Source: Balanoglossus misakiensis (Eukaryota > Animalia > Hemichordata). From it: 64,000 nucleotides of DNA. Shown one piece after another: positions 62,521-64,000 of this stretch; the first letter of the stretch is position 1, and each line of letters opens with the position of its first letter. The stretch lies in NCBI GenBank assembly GCA_040954595.2, contig CM082583.2, positions 1,994,925-2,058,924 on the forward strand. Direction: 5' to 3'. The notes beneath the pieces were generated by a model. The model made no database searches and was not told the origin of the DNA. It saw only the letters and a program-made list of their open reading frames with translations. A program made the translations under genes and the position numbers.

Positions 62521-63787
62521 TACACACAAATTATTCATTAAATAATCTTATTTAAATAACTCGAAAAATATAAAATGAATAAGTACAACCATTGAAAGAT
62601 TCTTTTGTCTAACGGTGACCAATTAAACGACCAACAGAAAATACAACATTCCACCAAAAGATAATAGACTGACAATTAATAGTACTGGGATTTGCATGCA
62701 ATAATTCTATAGCTAGCGTTAAAGTTTTCAAGGAACAGTCACGTATTACCTCACAATATTGTCCTGACGAGTTAGAAGAAGAAAAACTCCATGAAATTTC
62801 CAGCTCGAGGGTGGCGTAATCGGGGATCCATAAATAAGGGCAAATTCAAGTTCTCGAAATTCTAGAATAGACCACACAGAATACCCAAAGACCGGATCCA
62901 GGACGCCGGGTTCACATGTGGTGTACTCACGGAACTTCAATGCTCCAAGAACACTACTTTCTTGAAAGACCGCTGGAACATACGACAAGAATCCTTGATG
63001 ATGGTGACGGGACGACATGTAAGGTAGTAAAGCACGAGGTCGGATGGAAACTGGTCAATGTGGCCGGAGACAACGCGTGGCATAGTAACCTTTTAGAAAT
63101 AACGGCGAGGCAACGTGGCAATGTACGTTTTTTATACGACTAAAATACATAATTAATTAACACCTGGATATGCGGTGTGTTGAACAAAGGAATAAAAGTG
63201 AGGTTGACCTGGTCATTGAACCATTGGACACATGGACAACATAACACGCTAAAAAAGCAAAACAAAACAGAACACTATTTACTTGATAACAAATCATGGC
63301 TTACACTTAGTTTTCTAGTTGCTGAATACGAGAAATGACTTAAAAATCTAAACACATGAAGCAAATCTAGCCATATGCGTAACTTTCGGAAAATGTACAG
63401 GACGTAAGACAGAAATTGGTACATAAAAACAAAAGCACAATTTGTTCGACGCTTGTGGTCTTCCTGCGCTTGGCGCACAGTGCGCCCTCATGCGACCGAA
63501 TCGAATCATGGGAATGGGAACATGGTGACTGTCGCTTATTTTGGTCTAACGTAACCATGGTTTCCTGTCGTGAAACCTTATGTTCTACACATTGTTGTTC
63601 GTGGGAGTGGCATCAGTTTGCGTTCAGGTGAGAATTGTTTGCTCTGCCTCCGCGTATGATTCGAAAAACGCGTTTACAAAGCAAAACGGATATCGATACT
63701 TCCGGTTTGTAATGTGCGATCGCTTATACACGGCTAGCTCTGCGTATGTTTCAAGTCTCTGTGTTCGGATCAATCATTACCTCATTA

Positions 63788-64000
63788 GGGACTGGTCAGT
63801 TTCTTCAGCATGGGGGATTGATTCTATGTTGTGGATATCAAAAGTGAGTGACACCCCCTCCCATGTCAACTTTCACAAACTGTAATTATCCCCCCCCCCC
63901 AGCGATTTTGTGATTTGTTTGTAAAATTCAGAGCTCAAAGCTGAATTTTAATGAACTCAAAAGCAAATCAACTCAACAATGTTGGGGAGGGCAAATTTTA
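63788..64000. mobile_element. Left part of a Harbinger-type MITE, duplicate of 9481-9992
   Basis: TTA|GGGACTGGTCAGTTTCTTCAGC. Confidence 0.8.

Larger units (their letters stand above)
57040..64000 (+). repeat. Segmental direct duplication, copy 2 (runs off the window)
   Basis: Matches 2054-9695. Confidence 0.95.

Noticed and set aside
672-63885. The remaining 60-160-aa ORFs in the ORF track
   Set aside because: No recognisable domains; most overlap repeats or introns, or are antisense or out-of-frame shadows of the features listed.

Overview
Eukaryotic, AT-rich, intron- and transposon-dense DNA; the repeat content suggests a marine invertebrate (inference). There is no prokaryotic operon or CRISPR array. 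Main content: (1) a 16-exon VWA7-like gene on + (34812-48080) with signal peptide, N-terminal HET-C-like region, VWA domain, furin-type site and C-terminal TM helix, disabled by a MITE in an exon, a 4-bp frameshift, two premature stops and a duplicated exon, followed by an orphan paralogous exon 1 at about 49.2 kb; (2) an orphan 5S rDNA mini-array on - (22.9-29.5 kb) in which three Tx1-clade non-LTR retrotransposon fragments alternate with 5S spacer and 5S 5' fragments and share one 3' junction; (3) a near-identical direct duplication about 55 kb apart (2054-9695 vs 57040-64000) and a multi-kb inverted repeat (9.9-17.4 kb vs 51.9-57.3 kb) with near-identical centres and diverged edges; (4) many decayed or non-autonomous mobile elements (Harbinger-, Academ-, Mutator-, Kolobok-, Tc1/pogo-like MITEs; RTEX, L2, DIRS and Helentron-type fragments), including four hairpin elements with a shared IR-spacer-IR-hairpin layout. 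All alignments were made by eye: coordinates may be off by a few bases and identity figures are estimates.
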